From the human T2T-CHM13v2.0 reference genome, Homo sapiens, in NCBI RefSeq assembly GCF_009914755.1, contig NC_060934.1: a stretch of DNA of 64,000 nucleotides; one strand, written 5' to 3'. Below are positions 1-14,413 of this stretch, one piece after another. Positions within the stretch are counted from its first letter, which is position 1. Each line of letters starts with the position of its first letter. The position numbers and the translations under genes are program-made. The notes beneath the pieces were generated by a model. It worked only from the letters and a program-made list of their open reading frames with translations. It was not told where the DNA came from and ran no database searches.

Positions 1-1110
1 TGTAATTCAGTGGACTAAGAATCACGTATTGAAAAGATTATCCTATTCCCACTGTTCTGCAGAGCCGCCTTTGTCGCAGATCAAGTGACCATATACCTGG
101 GTCTGATTTTGAACTCTATTCTGTTTTCTTGGTTTCTTTGACAATCGTTGAGCCAATACCACATGTCTTAATTACTGCAGCTTTACCAAAGGTGTCAATA
201 TCTGGGAGTTTAAGGACATTTTTTTTTTTCCAGATTGTCTTGGCTATGTGAGGCTCTTTGCATTTCCATTTAAGTCCCAAAATCATCAGGCATAAAAACA
301 TCTGCTGGGTTTTTAGATGGGCTTACATTAAAAGTATAGATTCAATCAGAAGAAAGTAGACACTTTTGCAGTATTGAGTCTTGTATTTTATCAACATCAT
401 CTATTCTTCCCTTATTTGGTCTCTTTTAATTTCACTAAATAATATTTTATAGTTTTCTGTGCAGTCTTTGCAAATCTTTTTTGACACCGCTGTAAACTTT
501 TTTTTCTTTTTCTTTCTTTTTTTTTTTTTTTTGAGATGGAGTCTTGCTGTATTCACCCAGGCTGGAGTATAGTGGTGCATTCTTTGCTCATTGCAACCTC
601 TGCCTCCTGGGTCCAAGTGATGCTTCTGTCTCAGCCCCCCAAGTAGCTGGGACTACAGGCGTGCACCACCATGCCCAGCAATTTTTTTGTGTGTTTTTAT
701 AGAGATGGGGTCTCACCATATTGGCCAGGCTGGTCTTGAACTCCTGGCCTCAAGTGATCCGCCCTCTTCGGCCTCCCAAAGTGCTGGGATTACAGACGTG
801 AGCCACTGCGCCCAGCCTAACTTTTTTAAACAAATATTTCAACTTTAAACTATATTGGTATAATATATATTGATATATATGATCTAATATGCATATTGAT
901 ATAACTAATTTTTGTATATTGCACATGCATCTAGCAACCTTGTTAAACTCATTTATTAATTCAAATAATTAATATGTAGATTGTTTTGGATTTTATGCAA
1001 ACACAGTTATGTTGCCATTGGATAAGTGCAATTTTATATCTTCTTTTCAACTCTTTCGATCTTTTAATTTCATTTTCTTACTTTAGAAACTCTGAAACAA
1101 TGATGAATAA
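1..1110 (-). mobile_element. Old L1 (L1M-type) ORF2 fragment interrupted by an Alu
   Basis: Minus-strand translations resemble degraded L1 ORF2 (PHIAKTIWKKKN, LPDIDT, ENYKILFSEIK). Confidence 0.7.
497..817 (-). mobile_element. Alu (S/J type)
   Basis: Poly-T tail then reverse Alu body ending ...GAGCCACTGCGCCCAGCC; flanked by similar (T)AACTTTTTT. Confidence 0.92.
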
Positions 1111-1679
1111 AATATCCAGCTTAATAGCTGTAGTAGGTAATTATAACAAAATTTATTTAGCCAATGTTAGGTTGAAGGACATTTAAATTGGTCCACACTT
1201 TTGTCATAAACAATGCTGTAGTGAGCATCCTTTTCACATATATCTTATGTAGTTGTGTCATTCATTCCTTAGAATGAATTCCTGGGTTTGTTGGAATAAT
1301 CTAGTCAATTAAACACATGTAAAGTAAATAAAAGACATCTTAAAAACAAGCATATGTAGCTGTCAGACAACAACGTTATTTTCTTAGTACTTCTATTGTC
1401 AGTTATAATGGGATCACACTTGTATAGAAAGAAGTCTTCTATCTTGAAATATAAATCTAGAAAAAAAGATTTTGGGAGATGTGAGTATATTTGCCCCTTC
1501 ATATTTCTGCTCTAAGGTACCCATTGCTTCCTGGGATTCTAACATCTTATTGTATTTTTTAAAACAATCTCTTTCATAATTTCAGAACTGCCTAATCTCT
1601 TGATTGGAAGAAAAATGCTTTTTTCCAACATTTTCTTTTGATATTGCAAAAAGAAAGCAGAAAGAAGTGGGAGGAGGGG

Positions 1680-1719
<40 letters not shown>

Positions 1720-1720
1720 G
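1680..1720. repeat. (GA)n/(GACA)n microsatellite
   Basis: Direct reading. Confidence 0.95.
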
Positions 1721-1961
1721 AACTAAAGGGAAAGAATAAAGTATAGACAAATCTTTTGAGACTTTGAGACTTTAATTTCTCTACTCTTTCATTTCAAGTT
1801 TGTGGATGGTAATTCATTGTCTCAGGGCAGGCACGTGGCAGGTAGTAAGCAGAATCATCTGCAAGATGTTCCTGGCCTTGTTTCAAAAAGTCTAATCCTA
1901 ATGAGAACAAATTCCCCAAGAAAGTTCCCCTGGTCTCATATTAGAAGTGGTTCACAATCAG

Positions 1962-2351
<390 letters not shown>

Positions 2352-2429
2352 TCATAGTAGGGCTGTCAGATAAAGTGCAGGCTGTCTAGTTAAAATTAAG
2401 ATTTATATAAATGCTGAATAATTTAATTT

Positions 2430-2716
<287 letters not shown>

Positions 2717-2809
2717 ATTTGTTTAATTTTTTAAATTCATGTATTTATTTTTAACTCTGTCAAGTTTCTGGAAAATACTTTATTTAAAAAGAATTTTTTC
2801 CAATTGTTA

Positions 2810-2932
2810 AAATTGTTTGTAGAGATGGTATCTCACTATGTTGTCGAGGCTAGTCTCAAACTCCTGGCCTCAAGTGATCCTCCTACCTCTCCAAAGTGCT
2901 GGGATTATAGGCATGAACCACCATACCTGGCC
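2810..2932 (-). mobile_element. Alu left monomer / FLAM-like
   Basis: GTAGAGATGG...CAAAGTGCTGGGATTATAGGCATGAACCACC. Confidence 0.8.
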
Positions 2933-3573
2933 AATAATGAATAATTGTTTAGTATGTCCCAAATATTTCATGCAACATATTTATGCTAAAGTATTATTTA
3001 TTTATCTGAAATCCAAATTTAACTGGACATCCTGGGTGTTTGTTTGTTTGGTTTTTGCTAAATCTGGCAATCCTAGGTTACAGGCACCTCAGAGTTCAGC
3101 TTTGCACGGGACAGAGATTCCTGTGGCCCATGAATGGCCTGGCATGCATCGAAGAACCACTGGGTCTCGGTCTATACAATCAAGGGCAGTTTATATCTTA
3201 GTGGTAAACAGCATGGCTAGATCCTGATGACTATGACCCCATGCCTTGCCACCATGTGAGGCCCAAGAACCCTAGTCCAGTCTGGTATAGGGCAGGCAGA
3301 TCTTTCCAGAGTGGTTGAGGCTGAATTTCTGATTTGCTCATTCAGATGAAGTATTAAAGTAAAAATTTAGCTTCTAGAGTATTTAAAACCATACTCCATA
3401 TATATCCGAGTTTGTTAACTGAGATTTTTGCTTACAATGATTCGAAAACAAAAAGCAAAAACAAAAACAAAAACAAATTTGGAGTTTCAAAATCTTGGTG
3501 ACTGGCACTTGACTCTTGTTGTCCAGTGGTCAGACCTCAAGAAAAAGCACTGTTTGCATTGAACAGGAACAGA

Positions 3574-3875
3574 ACGGGCACAGTGGCTCATGCCTGTAAT
3601 CCCAGCACTTTGGGAAACTGAGATGGGTGGATCACCTGAGGTCAGGAGTTCAAGACCAGCTTGGCCAACATGATAAAACCCTATCTCTACTAAAAATACA
3701 AAAATTAGCTGAGCATAGTGGCAGGTGCCTGTAGTCCCAGCTACTTAGGAGGCTGAGGGAGGAGAATTGCTTGAACCCTTCCGGAAGTGGAGGTTGCGGT
3801 GAAGCGAGATTGCGCCACTGCACTCCAGCCTGGGCAACAGAGTGAGACTCCATCTCAAAAAAAAAAACAAAAAAA
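3574..3875 (+). mobile_element. AluSx-like
   Basis: GGATCACCTGAGGTCAGGAGTTCAAGACCAGC, A tail. Confidence 0.92.
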
Positions 3876-6689
3876 CCATTCAGGATGGATGCATGGTCTT
3901 GGTCCCCTACTCCTGTGTTTGACTGTGTCCTCACATGGTTCCCCTGTGTTCCCTGTGGTCCTTCTGAGTTGCAGAGTACCTGGTATGAGAGATCTGCCCA
4001 GCCCAGGCTCAGAGGGCATGTGCCTAGCCTAACCTGCCCAGTAACAGGCAAGACTCCTGCATGCCACCTCACAGCCATCCAATGGCAGTGGGAGGTATGA
4101 ATCAGTCTTGGTCATAAAGAATGTGGCCAGCCAGACTGAATGGGGTCCTCATTCAGCTTTGTGTGTAGGAGGTGAAAACCACCCCCAAGTCACACATATT
4201 GTTAATTGTTAGAATTTCGACTCCAACTTGGACATGGCCCCTCTGTCTAGTGCGTTCAGCTAGGAGCAGTAGCAACGAATTTTTTTTTCTTTTTTTTTTT
4301 TTTGCCCCTAAGACTTAGAAGCCTAGCCTGAAGGCAACCAAATAGTTTTCTTGGCAATTTTTCCCCCAGGCTCACACCCTAAACTTGGAATTTCATGCCT
4401 TATCACTTTTATGGCAAGAAAAAAAACACAAAAGCCAAACCAAACCAGGAAGAGATAATTTATGAATTAAAACTAAAGCTCTTAGAAGGAAGAGCTAGAA
4501 TGACCAGGCTGAACTGCCCACTTAATGGTGCATTTTCCCTTAGCTCCCTCTGGTTTCCTTTGACCTTTGATTGGAGGCTGTTTTTATTGATTTGTTTTAG
4601 TGACGATGTTGTTGGGGTGAAGGTAGGAAGTGATTTTCTCACTAAGAAGAGGGTCCTGGCCCATATTTTTACTTCAGCTGCTCAAATGACAAGTTTAAAT
4701 AAGGAAAAAGATTCCAAAAAAGGAATTCAGGTAGGTATACTATGCAGAGGTAAGATGTTTTATTGATTAAGATGGATTGATTTTTAAATTTTATCTTCCG
4801 CACTCTTAATGCCTAAAAGCCTACCCCTTAGTGCTATGGTCCAGTACTGTCCTGGTCCTTGTCCTATATCTGCCTTCTTCATAGAAGGGAGTATATGTGA
4901 GGGTGGGGAAACCTAGCTTCCTTCCTAGACATTGTAATACAATGCCAAAAAACTGGAGAGGAAAATAACTTTATTATAATTTTCAAAAGCTCTGTCCTGG
5001 CTTGTAGGAATTCACTAATTCACAAGTCATTCGGCTATGTTGACACCTATTCCTGGGCATTTTTTTGTCTGAGAACTACTCTTTTCCTCACCTTTGGGTC
5101 AATATTAGAGACAAACTTATTAGTGATCAAGGAATTACTGTATAAAATCTAGAATCATTTGCCTATATTTAAGAGACATTCTGTGATCTGGCCCTTCCGA
5201 CTTCAATTCTTAATTTACTTGGAATGAGTAGTAAAAAGTATGAGTACTAAAAAGCAAAAGTCTTAGGCAAATACTTGGACTAAATTTTATTAATTACTGA
5301 AAGTACAGCTGTTTTTCTAGATTGCTTACATATCAAGCTGCCTTTCCTACCAGCTCCTACTGAAGGGCTGCTCAGTTTCACAGTTTCTTGATGTCTAAAT
5401 AAATAAATAAATACAAAAACAAAACCCACAGTAATAATTTCTCTTGCTGCTAATCTATTATGAGACCAAGGTCTGACCTCATGCCTTTGACTTCTAAATG
5501 AACACCAAAATCAGACTCTCTAGGGTATCTAACTATTTCTTCTTCCAAAAGAACTTCAAGAAAGTACTGGGGGAAGTCATCCTTCCCTGAGCTCATACCT
5601 TTAATCCTTTATAGGGAATGACGACCGGAAGAGTGGCCTGTGACCTCCTTCTCTCAGAGGAGAAGCTCATTAACTTTATCTTTTCTCTTTACCATCATTG
5701 GTCTGAGGGAATCTCAGAAATAACTATTATTGCCAATGAATTGCAAATGAATGAGTATTTATATCTAGCTTTCAGGTGCCATAATTATCATAATGTATTA
5801 TTAAATGTGCCAGATTAAATTTGGTAAATGATACATCTTCTCTAATTTCTGCATTACTGTTTATTTGTGTTTTAAAATCCAGGAACATTTCCTGTGGGAC
5901 CAGGCTGTGCTGCCATTGATCACAACTGGCTTTCTGGAGAATTCTGCTGTGCTTCTGTGATCTCGTTGTGGGCCTCATGCTGGAAGCTCTGCTACTCTCC
6001 CAGTGGGGACTCCGCTTCTCATTTCCTGGGCCTTCTGTTCATGATTTATGGATGAGACAGAGGATGATGTTGGCTCCATCTGGAAAGTGGGTCAGCCAGT
6101 CTTTGAGGAGACACCTTGGAGGCCTAGGAATAGTGCTGTGGATACAGATGACATAAGTTTAGAGACAGATAGGAGAGTGAAGAAAGGACTTGACCCTCAG
6201 AAAGTGAAATTCAACTTCAGCCTGAAGTGGAACACTGCTCAAGATAAAGGCTCTGCAAAATGTACTGTAAATGATTCACAACCGTTAATGCAAAGATCCA
6301 GGTGAAGAAATATCCTGAAGAAAAACCCGTCCTGATCTCAAATGCTACCCCCAGAGGCCTGCCAGAGCACAGAACTTTCCACAGGCAAATTGCTGGACCA
6401 CTGGCTAAGGACAGTAAGAAGGGCTGGCCATGTTATTCAGGAGGCAAAGTGTGTTGGCACCTATGGAGACGTTTGTACCATTGGCTTATCAGATGTGTCA
6501 GCCCAGTGACTTGCAAAGGGTGAGGGGTGGTCATGTAGCCCATGAGACTCATTCATTTGGGGTCAAGACCACAGAAGAAATGGTAATTGATAATGATTTA
6601 TTTCCTTCCTTTCCCTTCCCTTTCTGTTCCTTTCTTTCATTTCTTTAATTGACCTCAGGACCTCTGATTAACCATAATCCTTGGTTCCA

Positions 6690-7420
6690 TACACTTTCAT
6701 CATTGGTCCATTTATGATCTCATTTATTTAATTATTTTAATTAGACAACCATGAGTCCACCACCTAGTACAAAAACTAGGACATCGACAATATTTTACAT
6801 CTAACTCTATAGTCCTTCCCTTTCTCATCCTCATACCTCACTCCACCCAAGGAGCTCAGCCACCTCCCGGAATCCTGTATTCACAATTTCCTTGCTTTTG
6901 TTTTTAAAAGTGTGAGTATCCCACAGTTTATGTAACTGTTCTCCTGTTGATGAGCCCTTATGTTGTTTTTAGGTTTTTCATATTTAAATAGTGATGTAGC
7001 AATATTATTGTACATATCACAGGGTATACCTGTGTGAGAGTTTCTTTTGCGTATATATCGAGATGGAAATTGCTCATAGAGTAGGTGAATACTTGACATC
7101 ACAAGATAATGCAAATTATCTTCCAAAACATACTAATTTTACATTTCTACCAGCAGAGTACAATTTGTAGATCCACATCCCCTCCATTTTTCTCCATGTC
7201 CAATGCCAGTAACTTGGCATTATTGGACTTTTAAATTTTTGTCAGGCATGTCAGTTTCACTTGTATCTCACTGTGTTTTGATTTGCATTTCCACACTTAG
7301 TAATATGGTTGAACATCCCTTTCATGTTTACTGGTCACATATGTTTCTTTTGTTTTGAAATTTCTGTTCATGTCTTCTGGTCATTTTTCAATTGGGATAA
7401 AAGTACTTTTATGCTGATAT
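6690..7420 (-). mobile_element. Ancient L1 (L1ME-like) 3' fragment
   Basis: Degraded TTGATTTGCATTTCC / ACATTTCTACCAGCAG motifs of reverse L1 3' ends. Confidence 0.6.
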
Positions 7421-7619
7421 GCAGGAACAGTGATTTTTCTAAATAATAAAAATCTTTCAAAATTTAAATTTAGTATTCTACTCCCAGATGGATTTATAGA
7501 AATGATTTTCATATTATTATTATTTCTACACTAGGAAAATCCTATTTGCATCTAATATATAGGGAGTACTAATGGGAAACATTCATGATCTTCTGAAAAT
7601 TGCAATCTTTTTAAACATT

Positions 7620-8165
7620 AATTAAAAAAATTTTAATTGTGAGTACAAAATGGTTGCTTATATTTATCAAAATATGATGTTTTGAAACAGACATACAATG
7701 TATAATGATCACATTAGGGTAATTGGAGTATCCATAATCAAAAGTATTTATCTTTTTTTTGTGTTAGGAACATTCCAATTCTACTCTTTCAGTTATTTAA
7801 AAATATATAATAAATTATTATTTACTGTAGTCATTCTATTGTGCTATCAAATGTTAAATCTTACTCATTCTATCTAATTGAGTTTTTGCAGCCATTAACC
7901 ATCTCCACTTTATCCCCCACTCCCCGCTATCCTTCCCGGCCTCTGGTAACCATCATTCTACTCTATCTCTATGAGTTCAAATTTTAAATTTTAGCTCCCA
8001 CATATGAGTGAGAACATGCAATATTTGTCTTTCTGTGCCTGGCTTATTTCACATAACATCATGACCTCCAGTTCTATCCATGTTGTTGCAAATGACAAGA
8101 TTTCCTTCTTTTTTATGGCTGAATAATATTCCACTATGTATGTTTACCATGCTTTCTTTATCCAT
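7620..8165 (-). mobile_element. L1MA-like 3' end
   Basis: CTCTGGTAACCATCATTCTACTCTC, GAGTGAGAACATGCAATATTTGTCTTTCTGTGCCTGGCTTATTTCAC. Confidence 0.8.
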
Positions 8166-8169
8166 TGAA

Positions 8170-8900
8170 AATTACAATCTTAAATTCAACAATTTTCAAC
8201 CACTATGACCATCCCCACTCATCTTTAGTGCAAACCACCATCACCTCTTTCTTTGGCTACTTCAACAGCTTCCTAACTGGTTCTTTTCTTCTCCTACCCT
8301 CCCTCTTAAGTCTGTATGGCAGCCCCTATGATTTTGTCACTCCTGGCAAAATCCCCCCATGACTTCCCATAAAGTCCTACATGATTTGATCCTTGCCTCC
8401 TCTTTCTATCCCTAATTCTCTGGCCTTCATCCATGCAGTTGTTGATGCTATTCCTGGGATAGACTGAGCTTGATCCTGTTGATAGACCGAGTTTGATCAG
8501 CGCCTTTATGATCGTTATTTTTTTGCCAGGAAATTTGTTCTCCTGGGTGTTCCTGTCCATCACTCTTCCACATCATTCACTTGTCTGCTCAGTGCTTCCT
8601 AATCAGAGGTGCCTTCCCTGACCACCAATCCCTATATATATTCTTATTTTACTGTATTTTTTTCAAAGCATTTATTATATCTTAAAATTATGTCATATTA
8701 TTTTTTATTTGTTTATTGTTGCTCTCCTCTGTGGACTGCAAGCACCATGATGGCAGAAACGTGACTGTTCACTGCTATATCACTTTCATCTAGAACAATT
8801 AGGTATCTTTTGTCTAGAACATCAAAGATGTTATCTAGGCTAGGACTATGTCTGGCACATAGTTGATGCCCAGTAGATATTTATTTGCTAAATAAAATAA
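8170..8900. mobile_element. L2-like fragment
   Basis: CCTTCCCTGACCACC, GTTCACTGCTATATC, TGGCACATAGT: typical L2 3' motifs. Confidence 0.6.
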
Positions 8901-9115
8901 AATAATAGATTATATAGATGACGAGGCAACCAGAAGTTTCTTGTTTACATAAATGTTCACAGATAACATCAAATCAGGAAATATAAAACACATTATACAA
9001 AATGAGTTCATAAGAACTGAGATGATTCTAGAAAATCAAGTGAATTGTTGATTGAATTGTGAATTGTTGGGGGACTACTTAGAGTTGGTAGTTCTGATTT
9101 TAAAATAAAATTATG

Positions 9116-9396
9116 GGCCAGATGTGGTGGCTCATGCCTGTAATCCCAGCACTTTCGGAGGCTGAGGTGGGCATATCTCCTGAGGTCATGAGTTCAAGAC
9201 CAGCCTGGCCAACATGGCAAAACCCTGTCTCTATTAAAAATACAAAATTAGCAGGGCGTGGTGGCGTGTGCCTGTAATTCCATCTACTCAGGAGGCTGAA
9301 GCAGGAGAATGACCTGAGCACAGAAGGTGGAGGTTGCAGTGAGACAAGATTATGCCACTGCACTCCAGCCTGGGCGACAGAGTGTGACTCTGCCTC

Positions 9397-9421
<25 letters not shown>
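9116..9421 (+). mobile_element. AluS-type
   Basis: Full Alu with long A tail. Confidence 0.92.
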
Positions 9422-9427
<6 letters not shown>

Positions 9428-9509
9428 AAAAGAAAATAAAATTATTGAGGTACATTTTACATATCACTACTTTCAAATGAAATGATTTTTAGTAATTTCA
9501 CTGAGCTAT

Positions 9510-10089
9510 TGCGTCCGGAATTTATTCCTTCCGGTGGGTTCTTGGTCTCGCTGATTTCAAGAATGAAGCCACAGACTGTGGCGGTGAGTGTTACAGTTCT
9601 CAAAGATGGTGTGTCAAGGAGTTCGTTCCTTCAGATGTTCAGATGTGTCCGGAGTTTCTTCCTTCAGGTGGGTTCGTGGTCTCGATGACTTCAGGAGTGA
9701 GGCTGCAGACCTTCACAGTGAGTGTTACAGCTCATAAAGGTAGTGTGGACCCAAAGAGTGAGCAGCAGAAAGATTTATTGTGAGGGGAGAAAGAACAAAG
9801 CTTCCACAGCATGGAAGGGGACCGGAGCAGGTTGCCGCTGCTGGCTGGGTGGCCAGGTTTTATTCCCTTATTTGGCCCCGACCACATCCTGCTGATTGGT
9901 CCATTTTACAGAGCGCTGATTGGTCCATTTTACAGAGTGCTAATTGGTCCGTTTTTACAGAGTGCTGATCGGTGCAATCTTTAGCTAGACACAGAGTGCT
10001 GATTGGTGTGTTTACAATCTTTTAGCTAGACAGAAAAGTTCTCCAAGTCCCCACCTGACCCAGAAGCTCAGCCGGCTTCACCTCTGTCA
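9510..10089 (-). mobile_element. Solo LTR12-family LTR (ERV9; short LTR12F-like)
   Basis: TG...CA ends, repeated GCTGATTGGTCCATTTTACAGAG units, GGTGAGTGTTACAG repeats; 4-bp flanks CTAT/CCAT. Confidence 0.9.
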
Positions 10090-10166
10090 CCATTAATTAG
10101 TATTAGAAAATCTTTTATCCCGTCAATAAGATCCTTTTTACAGTTGATTCTTGTCCTCATTTCTAG

Positions 10167-10857
<691 letters not shown>

Positions 10858-11688
10858 TGTTCTGGATATTTTTTATAGGTGCATGGTCTCTTGTGTCTAG
10901 CTTCTTTCACTTAGCATAATGTTTTTGAGCTGTGCCCATGATGCTGCATGGGTTAGTGGTTTGTTCATTTTTACTGCAGAATAGTATTTTGTTACATGGC
11001 TGCACCACATTTTCTTTATCCATTCACTGGTTGACGGACCTTTAGGCTGTTTCCAGTTTTTGGCTGTCATGAACAATGCTGCTGTGAACATTCACATCCA
11101 CACCTTTGTGTGGACATATGTTTTCATTTCTCTCGGGTAAGTGCCTAAAAGTGGAATTGCTGGGTCATTTGTCAGTTTTTGTTTAACTTTTGAGAAACAG
11201 CTAAATTGTTTTCTAAAGTGGATATGCACTTTACATTCCCATCTGCTCCACGAAGTTTCCTGTTTCTCCACATCCCTACCAACATTTGTTATTGTTGATC
11301 TTATTTATTATAGTCCTTCTAGAAAATATGTAATGGTATCTCATTATTGTTTTGATTTTCTTTTTTGGTTGTTTTTTTCAAACAACAACTTGAACCCGAT
11401 GTTTTGATTTTCACTTTTCTAATCACTAATGAGGCCGAATATCTTTTCATACACTTATTAACCATTTATATATTGTCTTTGGATATATGTCTATTCAGAG
11501 AGTTGGTAGTTGTTAAAGGTTTTAAGAAGAGGAAACATGTATTTGTGAAAGTTTTCTCAATAGAATTAGTTTCCACAAAGGCAAACATAGGACTGGAGTG
11601 TGCAAATAACTTATAATGGGAGAGTGTAAACAGGTTAACTTCATTGGAATGGAGAATCTCCAAAAGGTCGTGAAGAACTGGTGGGATA

Positions 11689-11722
<34 letters not shown>

Positions 11723-12117
11723 GTAAACAGTCTTAAATGTCAGGTTGAAAATGTGGCATGAGAGAAGTGGTGGCAAAAATAGATTGGATTCTGATGCTTA
11801 AAACAAGTATTAGTATTACGGTTGAATATATATTTACTAGTTTTCCTGTTTGTGTAGACATAATAGGATGCATTCCTTAGTCTATCATAGAACAGCAGGA
11901 AAGGGATGGAGTCCCATGGTTATTTGGTTCACCTGTCAATCTAGTCAGAATTAAATACAGCTCATTTCTGATACATGGATATTGTTTTACTGGAGACCAC
12001 AACTGATTCTTCAAGAAATGAGATTCTCTTCATTTCTTGGTTAATCCATTTCAGTGAAAACAACCTTGATATTCAGAGAGCTTTCTTATCACTTTTTTTG
12101 TCTTCCTTAAATTTTAT

Positions 12118-12245
12118 TTTATTTTTTAAGAAACAGAGTCTCACTATGTTGCATAGGCCAGCCTCAAACACTTGGGCTCAAGTGATCCTCCCGTCTCAGC
12201 CTCTTTAGTTGCTGGGAATACAGGAACATACCATTGTGCCTGGCA
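12118..12245 (-). mobile_element. FLAM/Alu monomer
   Basis: GTCTCACTATGTTGC...GGCTCAAGTGATCCTCCC. Confidence 0.75.
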
Positions 12246-12868
12246 AGTTGTAATTCTTTACTTAAAAAAAATCTGATTTGGGATATAAAAACAACCAGTT
12301 GAAATGGTTACGTTTTAATCACATTTGGTACTCATGACACTGTGGATTCTTGAAAATTGTTTCTCTTTTTTGCCCTCTGTCCTCTAGCTTGTGTTTTTCG
12401 ATGCAATATATAAGAACTTGTTATTTCTGTATAGTGCTCTAAAAGAACTCATGCCTCCCCAGATATTGTGATGAGTGATTGTCATGTATGCTTGAAGTCA
12501 GTCCTATTATTGAAGAACCTTCTTTGACACAGAGAACAAAGGGAGCTGAAAGCTTGTTATACCAAAACTCTAAAATTCTTGTGTGTCTGACTAGAGAGCT
12601 GTTGGTAAACAGCAGGCAAAATCTTGCCCGAAACTGTTCATTCCAAAGCGTACATCAAAGTGACAAGTAGAAATGATTTATATAGGCCACAGCAGTGAGG
12701 CTTCTGCATCAGACCTACTTTAATGATAGCACCCAAAGCAATCAAAACAAGCCACTTTTTAGTACATTTTAATAAGTACCTCACAGATATGGAAGTTCCC
12801 TCTCTTCCCTTCCCTTGGGGACAATTCACACTTACAGCTAATTTCTCATTGAGCACTTGATGCTTGTC

Positions 12869-12961
12869 AGAGAAAAAGGAAGAAAAAGAATAGAAGGAGA
12901 AGGAGGAGGAAAAGGAAGAGGAGAAGGAGGAGGAGGAGGAGAGGAAGGAGAAGGAGGAGAG
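12869..12961. repeat. GA-rich polypurine tract
   Basis: (GGA)/(GAA)-rich run. Confidence 0.9.
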
Positions 12962-13284
12962 ACCAATTGACTAGAGGTTAGATTAAAAAAGCCTGAAAGT
13001 AAATTTGTCACCATTATTTTTTCTTTAGGGACAGCAGAGGTCTGGAGGAAACATTTTTAGGCATACATAATATTGCAGTTAAAATACAACTATAGATCTA
13101 CAAAACAGTTTTCTGTTTTGACTCATACCTCGGTAATAGTCCATTTTCTTAGCCTGAAGATATTTCCATCAGGACATATGCAGTAATTTTCTCTTTTCAC
13201 AATATTTTGTTAGAACATATTTCTGTGATATGTTTGTTTCTTTGTTTTGTTATTTCATACAATCCTAACTTTAAGATGATACCT

Positions 13285-13412
13285 GGGCTAGGGGCAGGGG
13301 CTCATGCCTGTAGCCACGGCACTTTGGGGGGCCGAAGTGGGAGATTTGCTTGAGGCCAGGAGTTCGAGATCAGTCTGGGCAACATAGTGAGATCTTGTCT
13401 CTATAAAAAAAA
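13285..13412 (+). mobile_element. FLAM/Alu monomer
   Basis: GGCTCATGCCTGTAG...TTGAGGCCAGGAGTTCGAG...A tail. Confidence 0.8.
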
Positions 13413-13579
13413 GTAATAAGATAAAATAAAATCAAGATAATATCTGAAATGTGAACAAAATCAACACTACTGGATTATTTTCCCTCAATTTTTAAAAATA
13501 GTAAACATTTTACAAGCAGCTTCCTATTATTTTAACCTGATCTTTGTAAGTTTGGATTTATAATTTCTGCTTTTTATTA

Positions 13580-14335
13580 CTTTTTTAAATTGACAAAAAT
13601 TGTATATATTTATGGTATGCCACATGATGTGTTGAGATATGTATACATTGTAGAATGGCTAAATTGAATTATTCAACTTTGTTTTTTTTTTGAGACGGAG
13701 TCTCTATCTGTTGCCCAGGCCGGAGTGCAGTGGTGTGATCCTGGCTCACTGTAACTTCTACCTCCCAGACTCAAGTGATTTTCTTGCCTCAGCCTCCTAA
13801 GCAGTCTGGGATTACAGGCACCCGTCACAATGCCTGGTTAATTTTTATAATTTTAGTAGAGACAGGATTTCGCCATGTTGGCCAGGATGGTCTCAAACTC
13901 CTGGAATAAAGTGATCTGCCCGCCTCAGCCTCCCAAAGTGCTAGGATTACAGGTGTGAGCCACCACCTTAATTATTCAGTATTTGCATTACCTTACATAT
14001 TTAGTATTTATTTGTAGTAATAACACTTAAAATCTACTCTCTTGGCAATTTTGAAGTATACATTATTGTTAGCTATGGTCACCACGTTGTGTAATAGATC
14101 TCTTGACCTTATTCCTCCTGTCTAACTGACATTTTGTGTCTTTTCACTATCTCCCCAGTTCCCTGCCCCCACCCCAGGCCCTGGTAACAATCATTCTACT
14201 TTCTGCTTCTGTGAGACTTTTTTAGATTCCACATATAAGTGAGATCATGTGGTGTTTGTCTTTCTGTGCCTGGTGAATTTCACGTCAGCATAATGTTCTC
14301 CAGGTTTATCCATGTTGTCACACACGTTTCTGCTC
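13580..14335 (-). mobile_element. L1MA-like 3' end with a reverse Alu at ~13682-13966
   Basis: TTAGATTCCACATATAAGTGAGATCATG motif; Alu flanked by AATTATTCA. Confidence 0.8.
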
Positions 14336-14413
14336 TTTATCAATGAAGAATTGTCATTAATTAGTGTGTCCTGTGTGTGTGTGAGATGTGCACACATCAT
14401 ATAGGCGTGGTCC

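Noticed and set aside
2838-4078. ORFs over 100 aa here and at 27916, 41299, 41459 and 52107
   Set aside because: Largely Alu-derived translations ([18 protein letters not shown]).
9890-10030. Regularly spaced ~22-bp repeats
   Set aside because: Normal CCAAT-containing U3 repeats of LTR12, not a CRISPR-like array.
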